Shown here: piece after piece, positions 8,978-17,218 of the stretch
Position numbering within the stretch: position 1 is the first letter of the stretch
Layout of the letters: every line of letters begins with the position of its first letter
Sequence record: NC_041919.1
Length of the DNA: 64,000 nt
Reading direction: 5' to 3' (one strand)
Source of the DNA: Escherichia phage HP3
Program-made: the position numbers and the translations under genes
Notes under the pieces: model-generated
Database searches by the model: none
The model's input: the letters and a program-made list of their open reading frames with translations, nothing else
Told to the model about the DNA's origin: nothing

Positions 8978-9463
8978 ATGATTACAGTAGATAAGTGGTT
9001 TAGAATTAATCGTGCTGATACAGGGCTGTGTAATTACTGGCCGGAACTTAGTGCAGGTACTGTCTTTAAAGTTCGTGAACTTGCAAAAGAATGTGAAGAT
9101 GATATAGAGCCTGATACTGGAATTATTGAAATTGAACTTTCCGACGGAAAGATTATTAACATCTACGATAAGCCAATTACGTATTGGTGCTTGTGGAATA
9201 CTGAATCCATTGAAAATGGCGAAATTGAAGAAGTTGTAGAGCGAACTAATCAAGTTGTTCAGAAGCCTAAAGCCGATTTTCAAGGTGAACGTATTTCATA
9301 CGCATTAGCTAAATTAGCTGCACAAGAAAATAACGATGGCTATGAAGGAAATTTGATGCAAGCTGCGGCAGAATATATTGAATGGCTTGAAACCCAAATT
9401 TCTTTTTCTGACCAAAAGATTCGGCAATATAAGCGATTGAATCAAATGTTTTACAATACTTGA
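8978..9463 (+). CDS. pin: protease-inhibitor Pin-like protein (161 aa)
   Basis: ATG 8978 after GGAG; length and position between nrdC and gene 49 fit T4 pin; identity by synteny only. Confidence 0.5.
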   Translation: MITVDKWFRINRADTGLCNYWPELSAGTVFKVRELAKECEDDIEPDTGIIEIELSDGKIINIYDKPITYWCLWNTESIENGEIEEVVERTNQVVQKPKADFQGERISYALAKLAAQENNDGYEGNLMQAAAEYIEWLETQISFSDQKIRQYKRLNQMFYNT

Positions 9464-9466
9464 AAA

Positions 9467-9504
9467 TAATAAATACCCTTATCTATTTAAGGTAAGGGTT
9501 TATT
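9467..9504 (+). promoter_or_regulatory. hairpin over gene 49 translation-initiation region
   Basis: ACCCTTA (9475-9481) pairs with TAAGGGT (9493-9499), extendable with a bulge; encloses the AAGG RBS just before ATG 9505. Confidence 0.5.
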
Positions 9505-9978
9505 ATGTTATTGACTGGCAAATTATACAAAGAAGAAAAACAGAAATTTTATAATGCACAAAACGGTAAATGCTTAATTTGCCAACGAGAACTAAATCCT
9601 GATGTTCAAGCTAATCACCTTGACCATGATCATGAATTAAATGGACCAAAAGCAGGAAAGGTACGTGGATTGCTTTGTAATCTCTGCAATGCCGCAGAAG
9701 GTCAAATGAAGCATAAATTTAATCGTTCTGGCTTAAAGGGACAAGGTGTTGATTATCTTGAATGGTTAGAAAATTTACTTACTTATTTAAAATCCGATTA
9801 CACCCAAAATAATATTCACCCTAACTTTATTGGAGATAAATCAAAGGAATTTTCTCGTTTAGGAAAAGAGGAAATGATGGCTGAGATGCTTCAAAGAGGA
9901 TTTGAATATAATGAATCTGACACTAAAACACAGTTAATAGCTTCATTTAAGAAGCAGCTTAGAAAGAGTTTAAAATGA
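9505..9978 (+). CDS. 49: endonuclease VII (Holliday-junction resolvase)
   Basis: 157 aa, CLICQ..HLDHDHE..CNLCN zinc/His motifs; size and sequence fit T4 gp49. Confidence 0.85.
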   Translation: MLLTGKLYKEEKQKFYNAQNGKCLICQRELNPDVQANHLDHDHELNGPKAGKVRGLLCNLCNAAEGQMKHKFNRSGLKGQGVDYLEWLENLLTYLKSDYTQNNIHPNFIGDKSKEFSRLGKEEMMAEMLQRGFEYNESDTKTQLIASFKKQLRKSLK

Positions 9979-11792
9979 CAATTGAAAAAGAAATTGAAGG
10001 ATTGATTCATAAAACTAATAAAGACCTTTTGAACGAGAATGCTAATAAAGATTCTCGTGTTTTTCCAACTCAACGGGACCTTATGGCTGGTATTGTGTCT
10101 AAACACATTGCCAAAAATATGGTCCCGTCTTTTATTATGAAAGCGCATGAAAGCGGAATTATTCATTTCCATGATATTGATTATTCCCCTGCTCTTCCAT
10201 TTACTAATTGTTGTTTAGTAGATTTAAAAGGAATGCTTGAGAACGGATTTAAGCTTGGTAATGCGCAGATTGAAACTCCTAAATCAATCGGTGTTGCTAC
10301 TGCAATTATGGCACAAATTACTGCACAGGTTGCTTCCCATCAATATGGCGGAACGACTTTTGCGAATGTAGATAAAGTACTTTCTCCTTATGTTAAACGC
10401 ACATATGCAAAACATATTGAGGATGCAGAAAAATGGCAAATCGCTGATGCGTTGAATTATGCTCAATCTAAAACAGAAAAAGACGTATACGATGCATTCC
10501 AAGCTTATGAATATGAAGTAAATACTCTCTTTAGTTCAAACGGACAAACACCTTTTGTAACAATTACATTTGGTACGGGAACTGACTGGACTGAACGAAT
10601 GATTCAGAAAGCAATTCTGAAAAATCGTATTAAAGGTCTTGGTCGTGATGGGATAACTCCTATTTTCCCTAAGCTTGTTATGTTTGTTGAAGAAGGTGTT
10701 AATCTTTATAAAGACGATCCGAACTATGATATTAAGCAGCTTGCTCTAGAGTGTGCAAGCAAAAGGATGTATCCTGATATTATTTCAGCTAAGAACAATA
10801 AAGCTATCACTGGTTCATCTGTTCCTGTTTCTCCAATGGGTTGCCGTAGTTTCTTGAGCGTATGGAAAGATTCGACTGGTAATGAAATTCTTGATGGACG
10901 TAATAATCTTGGTGTTGTAACACTGAATCTTCCTCGTATTGCGTTGGATTCTTATATTGGAACACAGTTCAATGAACAGAAATTTGTTAAATTATTCAAT
11001 GAGCGAATGGATTTATGTTTTGAAGCTTTGATGTGTAGAATTAGTTCCTTAAAAGGAGTTAAAGCGACTGTTGCTCCTATTCTTTACCAAGAAGGTGCAT
11101 TCGGGGTTCGTCTTAAACCTGATGACGATATAATTGAGTTATTTAAAAATGGTAGAAGTTCAGTGTCTTTAGGATACATTGGTATTCACGAATTGAATAT
11201 TCTTGTCGGTCGTGATATTGGACAGGAAATTTTAACTAAAATGAATGCTCGTCTTAAACAGTGGACTGAAAGAACTGGGTTTGCTTTTAGCTTGTATTCT
11301 ACTCCTGCTGAAAACCTTTGCTATCGCTTCTGTAAACTTGATACAGAAAAATATGGAAGTGTAAAGGATGTTACTGATAAAGGCTGGTACACTAACAGTT
11401 TCCATGTTTCAGTAGAAGAAAATATTACTCCGTTTGAAAAGATTTCTCGCGAAGCCCCGTATCATTTCATTGCAACAGGTGGTCACATTTCTTATGTTGA
11501 ACTTCCTGATATGAAAAATAACTTAAAAGGTCTTGAGGCTGTATGGGATTATGCTGCACAACATTTAGATTATTTTGGTGTTAATATGCCAGTAGATAAA
11601 TGTTTTACGTGTGGAAGTACCCATGAAATGACTCCTACTGAAAACGGGTTTGTTTGTTCTATTTGTGGAGAAACTGATCCTAAAAAGATGAACACAATAA
11701 GAAGAACATGCGGTTATTTGGGAAACCCGAACGAACGCGGATTTAATCTCGGTAAAAATAAAGAAATCATGCATAGGGTTAAACACCAATGA
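9975..11792 (+). CDS. nrdD: anaerobic ribonucleoside-triphosphate reductase NrdD
   Basis: 605 aa, C-terminal glycyl-radical motif RRTCGYLG and Cys cluster CFTCGS..CSICG; uninterrupted frame. Confidence 0.95.
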   Translation: MTIEKEIEGLIHKTNKDLLNENANKDSRVFPTQRDLMAGIVSKHIAKNMVPSFIMKAHESGIIHFHDIDYSPALPFTNCCLVDLKGMLENGFKLGNAQIETPKSIGVATAIMAQITAQVASHQYGGTTFANVDKVLSPYVKRTYAKHIEDAEKWQIADALNYAQSKTEKDVYDAFQAYEYEVNTLFSSNGQTPFVTITFGTGTDWTERMIQKAILKNRIKGLGRDGITPIFPKLVMFVEEGVNLYKDDPNYDIKQLALECASKRMYPDIISAKNNKAITGSSVPVSPMGCRSFLSVWKDSTGNEILDGRNNLGVVTLNLPRIALDSYIGTQFNEQKFVKLFNERMDLCFEALMCRISSLKGVKATVAPILYQEGAFGVRLKPDDDIIELFKNGRSSVSLGYIGIHELNILVGRDIGQEILTKMNARLKQWTERTGFAFSLYSTPAENLCYRFCKLDTEKYGSVKDVTDKGWYTNSFHVSVEENITPFEKISREAPYHFIATGGHISYVELPDMKNNLKGLEAVWDYAAQHLDYFGVNMPVDKCFTCGSTHEMTPTENGFVCSICGETDPKKMNTIRRTCGYLGNPNERGFNLGKNKEIMHRVKHQ

Positions 11793-12421
11793 ATTATGAC
11801 AGAATCTATTCAAATCTAGTTAATTCTGCTGAACACCCATCTAAGCCCCGTCAAACTAAAGCCGGGTATGAACTTCATCATATAATTCCAAGAAGTATGG
11901 GTGGTTCAGATGATTTAGACAACTTAGTATTTTTAACTTATAAGGCCCACTATACTGCTCACCATTTATTGGCTAAAATATATGGTGGAAAGATGTATGA
12001 TGCATATTGGATAATGAGTAATAGTAAGCATAGAAAAGTTACTTCTTCACAATACGCGTATGCAAAAGCTAAGAAATTTGAAAATCAGCGTGGCGCAAAA
12101 AGAAGCGATAAAACTAAGAAGCTAATGAGCATAGCTAGGTCTAAAGTAACTCTTCCTGATGATTTTGGAAAAAGGATATCTGATGGGCTAACAGGAAGAA
12201 CTTTGTCTACTAGTCATAAAGAGCATATCAAAAATAGTTCTAGAAATCGCTTTAACACCAAAACGGTTATTGGCTATTCACCAGACGGAAATACAATAGA
12301 ACTAACTGGAGCAACTGAAATAAGAAATGCAGGATTTTTTCATTCTGCTGTTTATAAATGTTGCAAAGGAATTCAATCTATTCATAAGGGATATACTTGG
12401 AAATATAAAGATGAATTATGA
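11789..12421 (+). CDS. mobC: HNH homing-endonuclease-like protein (mobC-like)
   Basis: 210 aa with HHIIPRSMGGSDDLDNLVFL..HYTAHH HNH motif; sits between nrdD and nrdG; starts with the same seven residues as nrdG. Confidence 0.8.
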   Translation: MNYDRIYSNLVNSAEHPSKPRQTKAGYELHHIIPRSMGGSDDLDNLVFLTYKAHYTAHHLLAKIYGGKMYDAYWIMSNSKHRKVTSSQYAYAKAKKFENQRGAKRSDKTKKLMSIARSKVTLPDDFGKRISDGLTGRTLSTSHKEHIKNSSRNRFNTKTVIGYSPDGNTIELTGATEIRNAGFFHSAVYKCCKGIQSIHKGYTWKYKDEL

Positions 12422-12433
12422 TAGAATTTATCC
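11789..12433 (+). mobile_element. HNH endonuclease insertion flanked by 23-nt near-duplicate of the nrdG 5' end
   Basis: ATGAATTATGACAGAATCTATTC (11789-11811) vs ATGAATTATGATAGAATTTATCC (12411-12433), 20/23 identical. Confidence 0.6.
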
Positions 12434-12881
12434 ATGCGATTTCGTTAACGGCCCTGGATGTAGGGTCGTTCTCTTCGTCACTGGATGTTTGCATAAATGC
12501 GAAGGTTGTTATAATCGTAGTACTTGGAATGCTCGTAACGGACAGTTATTCACTATGAATACCGTTAAAGAACTTGCGTCCCATTTAAGCAAATCGTATA
12601 TCCAAGGCCTTACCTTAACCGGTGGTGACCCACTTTATCCACAGAACCGAGAAGAGATTTCAAATTTAGTTTCTTGGGTTAAAGCAAGATTTCCTGAGAA
12701 AGACATTTGGTTGTGGACAGGATATAAGTTTGAAGATATTAAACAACTAGAAATGCTTAAATATGTTGATGTTATTATTGATGGGAAGTATGAGAAAAAT
12801 CTTCCGACCAAAAAGCTGTGGCGAGGATCAGATAATCAGCGACTTTGGTCAAATACCGATGGGGTGTGGACACATGATTAA
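12411..12881 (+). CDS. nrdG: anaerobic RNR activating protein NrdG (radical SAM)
   Basis: 156 aa from ATG 12411; CxxxCxxC cluster (CLHKCEGC); overlaps mobC stop. Confidence 0.9.
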   Translation: MNYDRIYPCDFVNGPGCRVVLFVTGCLHKCEGCYNRSTWNARNGQLFTMNTVKELASHLSKSYIQGLTLTGGDPLYPQNREEISNLVSWVKARFPEKDIWLWTGYKFEDIKQLEMLKYVDVIIDGKYEKNLPTKKLWRGSDNQRLWSNTDGVWTHD

Positions 12882-12996
12882 ATTGAATTACATTATGGAT
12901 ACTATAAATGATATGATTTTTCATTTTGGTCCAGAATTTTATTCGCAGTATAGTTTAGTGCTTATCAATGCTTGGTTAATCAATTAAGGGTAAAAT

Positions 12997-13212
12997 ATGT
13001 ATAAATTTCGTAAAGGTTTAGCTGATTTTCTTACAACTGTAACGTTCTTTCTGTTTATGGCAGTTGGAGCTATTTTCCTTATTCCTTTTATTGCTATATT
13101 TTTCGTGATTAGTTTGATTTCTCCAGAAAAGAGTTTATCTTCTAGCGAGTTCAATGAGCGTCTGGATAAAATTACTAACAAGCTGAATTCTGTTCTTGAT
13201 AAAAAGGCTTAA
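12997..13212 (+). CDS. hypothetical membrane protein (71 aa)
   Basis: ORF with central hydrophobic segment. Confidence 0.45.
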   Translation: MYKFRKGLADFLTTVTFFLFMAVGAIFLIPFIAIFFVISLISPEKSLSSSEFNERLDKITNKLNSVLDKKA

Positions 13213-13214
13213 TT

Positions 13215-13526
13215 ATGATTAGTTTTGAGCGGTATGTGGTAGAGAGTTGGAAGGGTTTTGATATGTTCGGTAATGACTATTATTTTTACGAATGTAGTCT
13301 AAATCCTAGTTTTTGGGCTGGACGTGAACGAGATCTCGAAGAAATTAATGCTCGTGCCGAATTGTTAGGTGAACTGCCTACGGTTTATTTTACCTTTGAT
13401 GCATCTGGATTTGTTATCCAGGTTTATTTTCCTGAAGAAAACTCTGGTGAGGATTCTGTTAACCCGCCATACTGGGCTTATCAAGGAATTATTTCTCGTG
13501 GAACAAAACTCGAACTTAAAGAATAA
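13215..13526 (+). CDS. hypothetical protein (103 aa)
   Basis: ORF; stop TAA abuts the glutaredoxin-like frame. Confidence 0.5.
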   Translation: MISFERYVVESWKGFDMFGNDYYFYECSLNPSFWAGRERDLEEINARAELLGELPTVYFTFDASGFVIQVYFPEENSGEDSVNPPYWAYQGIISRGTKLELKE

Positions 13527-13527
13527 G

Positions 13528-13821
13528 ATTGAAATCTATGGCATCCCCGAAGAAGTAGGTCGTTGTCCTGGATGTCAATCAGTTACAAAACTTCTAAAGG
13601 AGCTCAATGCTCCTTTTACTTTCTATAAAGTTCTTACAAATAATGGTAAGATTGAGTATGATCGTCCACTGATTGTATCTCTTGCTAAACGTGCTGGATT
13701 CACATCTCTTAACATTCGTTATCCAGTCATTTTCATTAATGATTCTAGACAAAAGAACATTAAACACTTCAAAGAAACTCTCATTTCACTTGGATATGAT
13801 AGAGATATCATAGAAGATTAA
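13528..13821 (+). CDS. nrdH: glutaredoxin-like protein (NrdH-like), start codon unresolved
   Basis: about 98 codons encoding KIEIYGIPEEVGRCPGCQ...; CPGC redox motif; no ATG/GTG/TTG in frame between 13369 and the end, so 13528 (ATT) is a placeholder start. Confidence 0.45.
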   Translation: MEIYGIPEEVGRCPGCQSVTKLLKELNAPFTFYKVLTNNGKIEYDRPLIVSLAKRAGFTSLNIRYPVIFINDSRQKNIKHFKETLISLGYDRDIIED

Positions 13822-13824
13822 GAC

Positions 13825-13848
13825 GGGCCCTCTGGGCCTTTCTTTCTC
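13825..13848 (+). terminator. rho-independent terminator
   Basis: GGCCC-TCT-GGGCC hairpin followed by TTTCTTTCTC. Confidence 0.55.
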
Positions 13849-13919
13849 ACATTCTGTATATTACCATTCTAAGTTATCGTTCCCTTCTTATCATTCCCTA
13901 AAATATTTTTCACAAAGTT

Positions 13920-13949
13920 GTTTACAACAAGTTCAAACCGTGGTATTAT
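13920..13949 (+). promoter_or_regulatory. T4-type early promoter
   Basis: GTTTAC 13920-13925, TGGTATTAT -10 at 13944-13949, A/T-rich upstream tract. Confidence 0.65.
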
Positions 13950-13979
13950 TAACATATGAATTGCCTTTGAGGAATTGAT

Positions 13980-14156
13980 ATGGTTGATAAAGAGATTAAA
14001 AGAGATCAGTATTATCGTGTTAATGGACATATCGTTATTGTTACAGCAGTAGATGATTTTGAGGTTCACTATACTTTACTTAAATGGAATAAACGCTTGA
14101 TTTGCGATCGTGCTGCATTTAGTTCAGTTGCTAAGGAAATTAAACTCCATGGGTAA
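13980..14156 (+). CDS. hypothetical protein (58 aa)
   Basis: ATG 13980 after GAGGAATTGAT; below the 60-aa ORF-track cutoff. Confidence 0.4.
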   Translation: MVDKEIKRDQYYRVNGHIVIVTAVDDFEVHYTLLKWNKRLICDRAAFSSVAKEIKLHG

Positions 14157-14442
14157 AACGTATCGTCGTAAAGACTTGAAAGTTCGTGATTATGACTATT
14201 TCGGAAAGCGTAAAGCTCCTGATGGTGTAAGTCATAAAGATATGGTTGAAAACATTTTTCGCTCAGATAAATGGCGTAGAATGAAAGGTATTGATTCAGA
14301 AGTTAAAGATGAGTTAAATCGTCAATTACGCGGTGAAGTAAGAAAGTTGAAAAAATCAGTTTACATTGACGATGATTTTGATTATAATACTTCTCAACGA
14401 GTTGCTAAACGTAAATCAAACGAGTGTTATCGTTATAGCTGA
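14149..14442 (+). CDS. hypothetical basic protein (97 aa)
   Basis: ATG 14149 (internal Met of track ORF 14110); Lys/Arg-rich. Confidence 0.5.
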   Translation: MGKTYRRKDLKVRDYDYFGKRKAPDGVSHKDMVENIFRSDKWRRMKGIDSEVKDELNRQLRGEVRKLKKSVYIDDDFDYNTSQRVAKRKSNECYRYS

Positions 14443-14449
14443 GGAAAAT

Positions 14450-14581
14450 ATGAATATCAAACGAATGCTTTTTAAGCAGGGGTTATATACTTTAAATGTT
14501 ACTCCAAAAGGCGATACAACTAAGTGGTCAGTAAATGACTGGATTAAATTTATTGATGAAAATGGCAATTGGGAAATTTAA
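14450..14581 (+). CDS. hypothetical small protein (43 aa)
   Basis: ATG 14450 after GAGGAAAATATG. Confidence 0.35.
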   Translation: MNIKRMLFKQGLYTLNVTPKGDTTKWSVNDWIKFIDENGNWEI

Positions 14582-14782
14582 ATGAATCCTGAATCTAAAT
14601 TATCGCAGCGAATTGCTGAAGAACGCGCCAAATTTTTCCAGAACATGAAACACAATGGTATTGAGGATGAAGTTTTTCTAAATTGGTTCTGGAATAATAA
14701 GTACACAGCATGTGAAGGAGCTTTGTCATTGTCAGTCGCAATGATGTACGAAGGCTGGAAGGGTGCCAAAAAGTTTAGCTAA
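14582..14782 (+). CDS. hypothetical protein (66 aa)
   Basis: ORF with TAAATG stop-start junction; terminator follows. Confidence 0.45.
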   Translation: MNPESKLSQRIAEERAKFFQNMKHNGIEDEVFLNWFWNNKYTACEGALSLSVAMMYEGWKGAKKFS

Positions 14783-14800
14783 GGGCTTCGGCCCTTTTTT
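14781..14800 (+). terminator. rho-independent terminator (GGGC-TTCG-GCCC + T6)
   Basis: UUCG hairpin followed by TTTTTT. Confidence 0.7.
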
Positions 14801-14835
14801 GGATAATAAAATTTTAACGTAATTGAGGATAATGT

Positions 14836-15162
14836 ATGACTATTCAAATTAAAAACGCCATCAATTCTTACGCATATGATAAAGTAGTTTCTTTGCTAGA
14901 AAAAGGCGATATTGTAACTCCTCAAATTTTGGATAAATGGGAAAAAGAGCTTCATCAGACGATGAAACAGAATGATCAGAAGATTGGACGCAATACTGTC
15001 CGTGAATTGTTGGTTCAATATATCTTGTCAGAATTTGATGTTAAAGCTTTTGGTGTAGAATCTAAAGCTTATCAAAAGCATGAAATTTCCGATAAAACTA
15101 TTCGTCGCATGAAAAATCAACGCAAGAAAAAATTTGCTGACCTGAAAATTACTAAGGCATAA
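14836..15162 (+). CDS. hypothetical protein (108 aa)
   Basis: ORF with GAGGATAATGTATG RBS. Confidence 0.55.
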   Translation: MTIQIKNAINSYAYDKVVSLLEKGDIVTPQILDKWEKELHQTMKQNDQKIGRNTVRELLVQYILSEFDVKAFGVESKAYQKHEISDKTIRRMKNQRKKKFADLKITKA

Positions 15163-15164
15163 TT

Positions 15165-15380
15165 ATGAATGAAGCTCTTATTAACGATTTACGTCTTGCT
15201 GGGTATGAAGTAAATACAAACGGCAGTGGTTTAACTCAAATTGAAGGAAATGGATTCATTCTTGAGTATGAATTTAGCCAATGGTGGTTATATGCCAATT
15301 ACGGCGAATTGATTGAATATGTTGACCAATTTGATTCACTAGATGCAGCTCTTGAAGCGGCTAAGTTGATGAATGTATGA
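15165..15380 (+). CDS. hypothetical protein (71 aa)
   Basis: ORF. Confidence 0.5.
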   Translation: MNEALINDLRLAGYEVNTNGSGLTQIEGNGFILEYEFSQWWLYANYGELIEYVDQFDSLDAALEAAKLMNV

Positions 15381-15646
15381 AATTTATTAATATTTCTATT
15401 ACTATTGAAAATTATGGCATTTTCTATGTTGACCAATACATGAAAATTTCATTTTTCCCAAATAAGACTGGTGTTGGATATTGGGAAAGCCATGTTTCTG
15501 AATTAAATGAAAGTGAATATGTTAGTACACATGAAAAGTTTTTAGACTTTTTATATCATGCTGATCTAACTAGTCATTATATAGATATTCATGAATTTAA
15601 AAAGATGATGGAGAAAGTATTCCAAGCATACTGCTTACTTAGATAA
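15377..15646 (+). CDS. hypothetical protein (89 aa)
   Basis: ORF with ATGA overlap. Confidence 0.5.
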   Translation: MKFINISITIENYGIFYVDQYMKISFFPNKTGVGYWESHVSELNESEYVSTHEKFLDFLYHADLTSHYIDIHEFKKMMEKVFQAYCLLR

Positions 15647-15724
15647 CTGATATCCTCTATGCTTTAAGATAGATCTTCAAATATTATGATATAATAGATC
15701 TATGAATTGAGCTAAGAGGTGAAA

Positions 15725-16282
15725 ATGTCAGAAACTAAGCCTAAATATAATTACGTAAACAATAAAGAGCTTTTACAAGCTATTATTGATTGGAAAACAG
15801 AATTAGCAAATAATAAAGACCCAAATAAAGTAGTTCGTCAGAATGATACTATCGGATTAGCCATTATGCTTATTGCAGAAGGCTTATCTAAACGTTTCAA
15901 CTTTTCAGGATACACCCAGTCTTGGAAACAAGAAATGATTGCAGATGGTATAGAAGCTTCTATTAAGGGGCTTCACAATTTTGATGAAACGAAATATAAA
16001 AACCCGCATGCATATATAACTCAAGCTTGTTTTAATGCATTCGTCCAACGTATTAAAAAAGAACGTAAGGAAGTTGCAAAGAAATACAGTTACTTCGTTC
16101 ACAATGTCTATGACAGTCGTGACGACGATATGGTTGCGTTAGTAGATGAAACTTTTATTCAAGACATCTACGATAAAATGACGCATTACGAAGAATCAAC
16201 CTATAGAACACCGGGGGCTGAAAAGAAAAGTGTTGTAGACGATTCTCCTAGTTTGGATTTTTTATATGAGGCTAACGATTAA
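15725..16282 (+). CDS. 55: late-transcription sigma factor gp55
   Basis: 185 aa from ATG 15725 ([24 protein letters not shown]); matches remembered T4 gp55 N-terminus and length; track ORF begins at GTG 15719. Confidence 0.9.
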
Positions 16283-16484
16283 CCTCTCCGGATTCTTGGA
16301 AGAAATACCTGAAGTTGAAGCTATTCCCTATTTACTTAAAATGTATCTCAGGGAAGTTTTAGCTCTTGACATTGATATTGATCCAGAAAATCCGTATGAT
16401 ACCGCTTTTAAATCTAATGGTGTAGAATTAAACTATCGGTATCATTTAACAGATGATGATTTTTATTTTATATTAGAGAAATAA
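16266..16484 (+). CDS. hypothetical protein (72 aa)
   Basis: ORF overlapping gene 55 end. Confidence 0.5.
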
Positions 16485-16485
16485 T

Positions 16486-16803
16486 ATGACTGATAAACCC
16501 GAAATTAATGATGAAGTGAAAAAGCTTATTTCTTCTATTGAAGAAAAGAACCGTCTTGAAGCAGAAAGAAAAGCAAATAAGTTATTGTCTAAAAATAAAC
16601 GCGAACTGAATCGTCTTTATAAGCACGCTCAGATCGCAGCTGAAAATAATAATTTTGCTCAATACGAATATGCTATCAAGAAAAGTCGGGATATTCTAAA
16701 ACAGCCATATAACGATGAACTCATCAGTATTCTTTGGAAGACTACTAGATCGCAGATTGAGGATATGATTGATGCTTACACACGTAAAATTCAAGCGTCT
16801 TAA
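16486..16803 (+). CDS. hypothetical protein (105 aa)
   Basis: ORF. Confidence 0.5.
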   Translation: MTDKPEINDEVKKLISSIEEKNRLEAERKANKLLSKNKRELNRLYKHAQIAAENNNFAQYEYAIKKSRDILKQPYNDELISILWKTTRSQIEDMIDAYTRKIQAS

Positions 16804-16975
16804 AATTAATGCAGGATTTACTGAATCTTTGAATGGTCATCTTTGTGTGAAAATTTCTGAAAAAGAATACCATGATAGTTCAATTAAAGAAGTTAATCCT
16901 CCTATTGTAAGAGCAGACCCTAATATGAAAGTGTGGGTTGATTCTTATCAAGTCAAAAAATGGTGGCAGTTATGA
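16772..16975 (+). CDS. hypothetical protein (67 aa)
   Basis: ATG 16772 after GAGGAT; overlaps previous ORF. Confidence 0.4.
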   Translation: MLTHVKFKRLKINAGFTESLNGHLCVKISEKEYHDSSIKEVNPPIVRADPNMKVWVDSYQVKKWWQL

Positions 16976-17151
16976 AAGATGAACACCCAGACTTCTGAAA
17001 TAGATTATAATAAAATTCGTTCCTCTAAAGTAGAAATGATGAGACGCTTTAAAGAGTCTTACGATAAAGCTAAAGCAGAAGGAACTATAACATATAGGCG
17101 CAGAAAATTTAGAAGCTCTAATGAGCCTTTGTATGGCGTATTATGTGGATA

Positions 17152-17165
17152 GGAGCTTCGGCTCC
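17152..17165 (+). other. UUCG-tetraloop hairpin without T-run
   Basis: GGAGC-TTCG-GCTCC. Confidence 0.5.
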
Positions 17166-17168
17166 TAT

Positions 17169-17194
17169 ATTGCTTTATAAATTTTTGGTAAAAT
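17169..17194 (+). promoter_or_regulatory. MotA-dependent middle promoter candidate (alpha-gt)
   Basis: MotA box TTGCTTTA (17170-17177), 11-nt spacer, TAAAAT -10 (17189-17194). Confidence 0.55.
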
Positions 17195-17218
17195 AAACCA
17201 AAACAAAGAGGATATTAA

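Noticed and set aside
12876-12989. 37-codon ORF overlapping the nrdG stop (MIKLNYIMDTINDM...)
   Set aside because: Possible small gene, but no distinguishing features and no RBS beyond the overlap; left unannotated.
13369-13527. N-terminal extension of the track ORF 13369..13821 (GTG start)
   Set aside because: Overlaps the preceding ORF in another frame and reads as low-complexity junk; only the region from 13528 looks like a real glutaredoxin domain.
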